Under the pieces are notes generated by a model that was given only the letters and a program-made list of their open reading frames with translations, had not been told where the DNA came from and made no database searches. Both the position numbers and the translations under genes were made by a program. Below, in pieces: positions 63,706-64,000 of a DNA stretch of 64,000 nucleotides. This DNA is from Bugula neritina (Eukaryota; Animalia; Bryozoa). Numbering within the stretch: the stretch's first letter is position 1; each line of letters starts with the position of its first letter. The stretch is taken from positions 8,301,408 through 8,365,407 of the forward strand of contig OZ037771.1 of assembly GCA_964035545.1 (NCBI GenBank), written 5' to 3'.

Positions 63706-64000
63706 GTAAGTGTGATTTGTTCCTGCTTTTCTACAGAGCACAGGTTTACTCCTGCATGCAATTTCTTTTCTATGAAACCAGTTGGAATGTCTATTTCCTT
63801 TTTAAAAATATTTAGGTGATCCATTCAACTGAACATTTCATATGTTCTGTATAATATTATTTTCTGCAAGTTTTAAAAGGAGTACAATTAATAGTGATTT
63901 GCTAGAAATCTTAAACTTCAATTGGTATTTTGAGAAAAAACTTTAGTTAGATTAGCTATTCTGTAATTTAGAATTAATATTACCTTCAAAAAGTCTAGCC

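Overview
AT-rich, intron-dense eukaryotic DNA from an invertebrate animal (species not determinable from the sequence). Four host genes can be assembled by hand with consistent GT-AG phases. (1) A 48-coding-exon FREM2/ECM3-like basement-membrane gene on the minus strand (58525->8299, about 3063 aa: signal peptide, CSPG repeats, five Calx-beta repeats, furin site, TM, PDZ-type tail). (2) A complete 4-exon Ly6/uPAR (quiver/sleepless-like) GPI-anchored three-finger gene nested antisense in FREM2 intron 17 (35343-37304). (3) A small + strand gene (3748-6207) with SAXO/MAP6 Mn-like motifs. (4) The 5' coding exons of an NPAT-like gene (63194-63705), divergent from FREM2. FREM2 intron 42 holds a very young 4431-bp Bel/Pao LTR element with apparently identical 476-bp LTRs and a CCATG TSD. 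Its single uninterrupted 1073-aa ORF keeps Gag and protease but has lost RT and the integrase core, and it has no canonical tRNA PBS or PPT. This is the best candidate for an undescribed system. Other features: a tRNA-derived SINE family, an asymmetric-ended MITE family with 8-bp TSDs, a hAT-like element, many minisatellites, and a recurring pattern of tandem repeats that amplify 5' splice sites. All family assignments are from motif recognition by eye; no searches were run.
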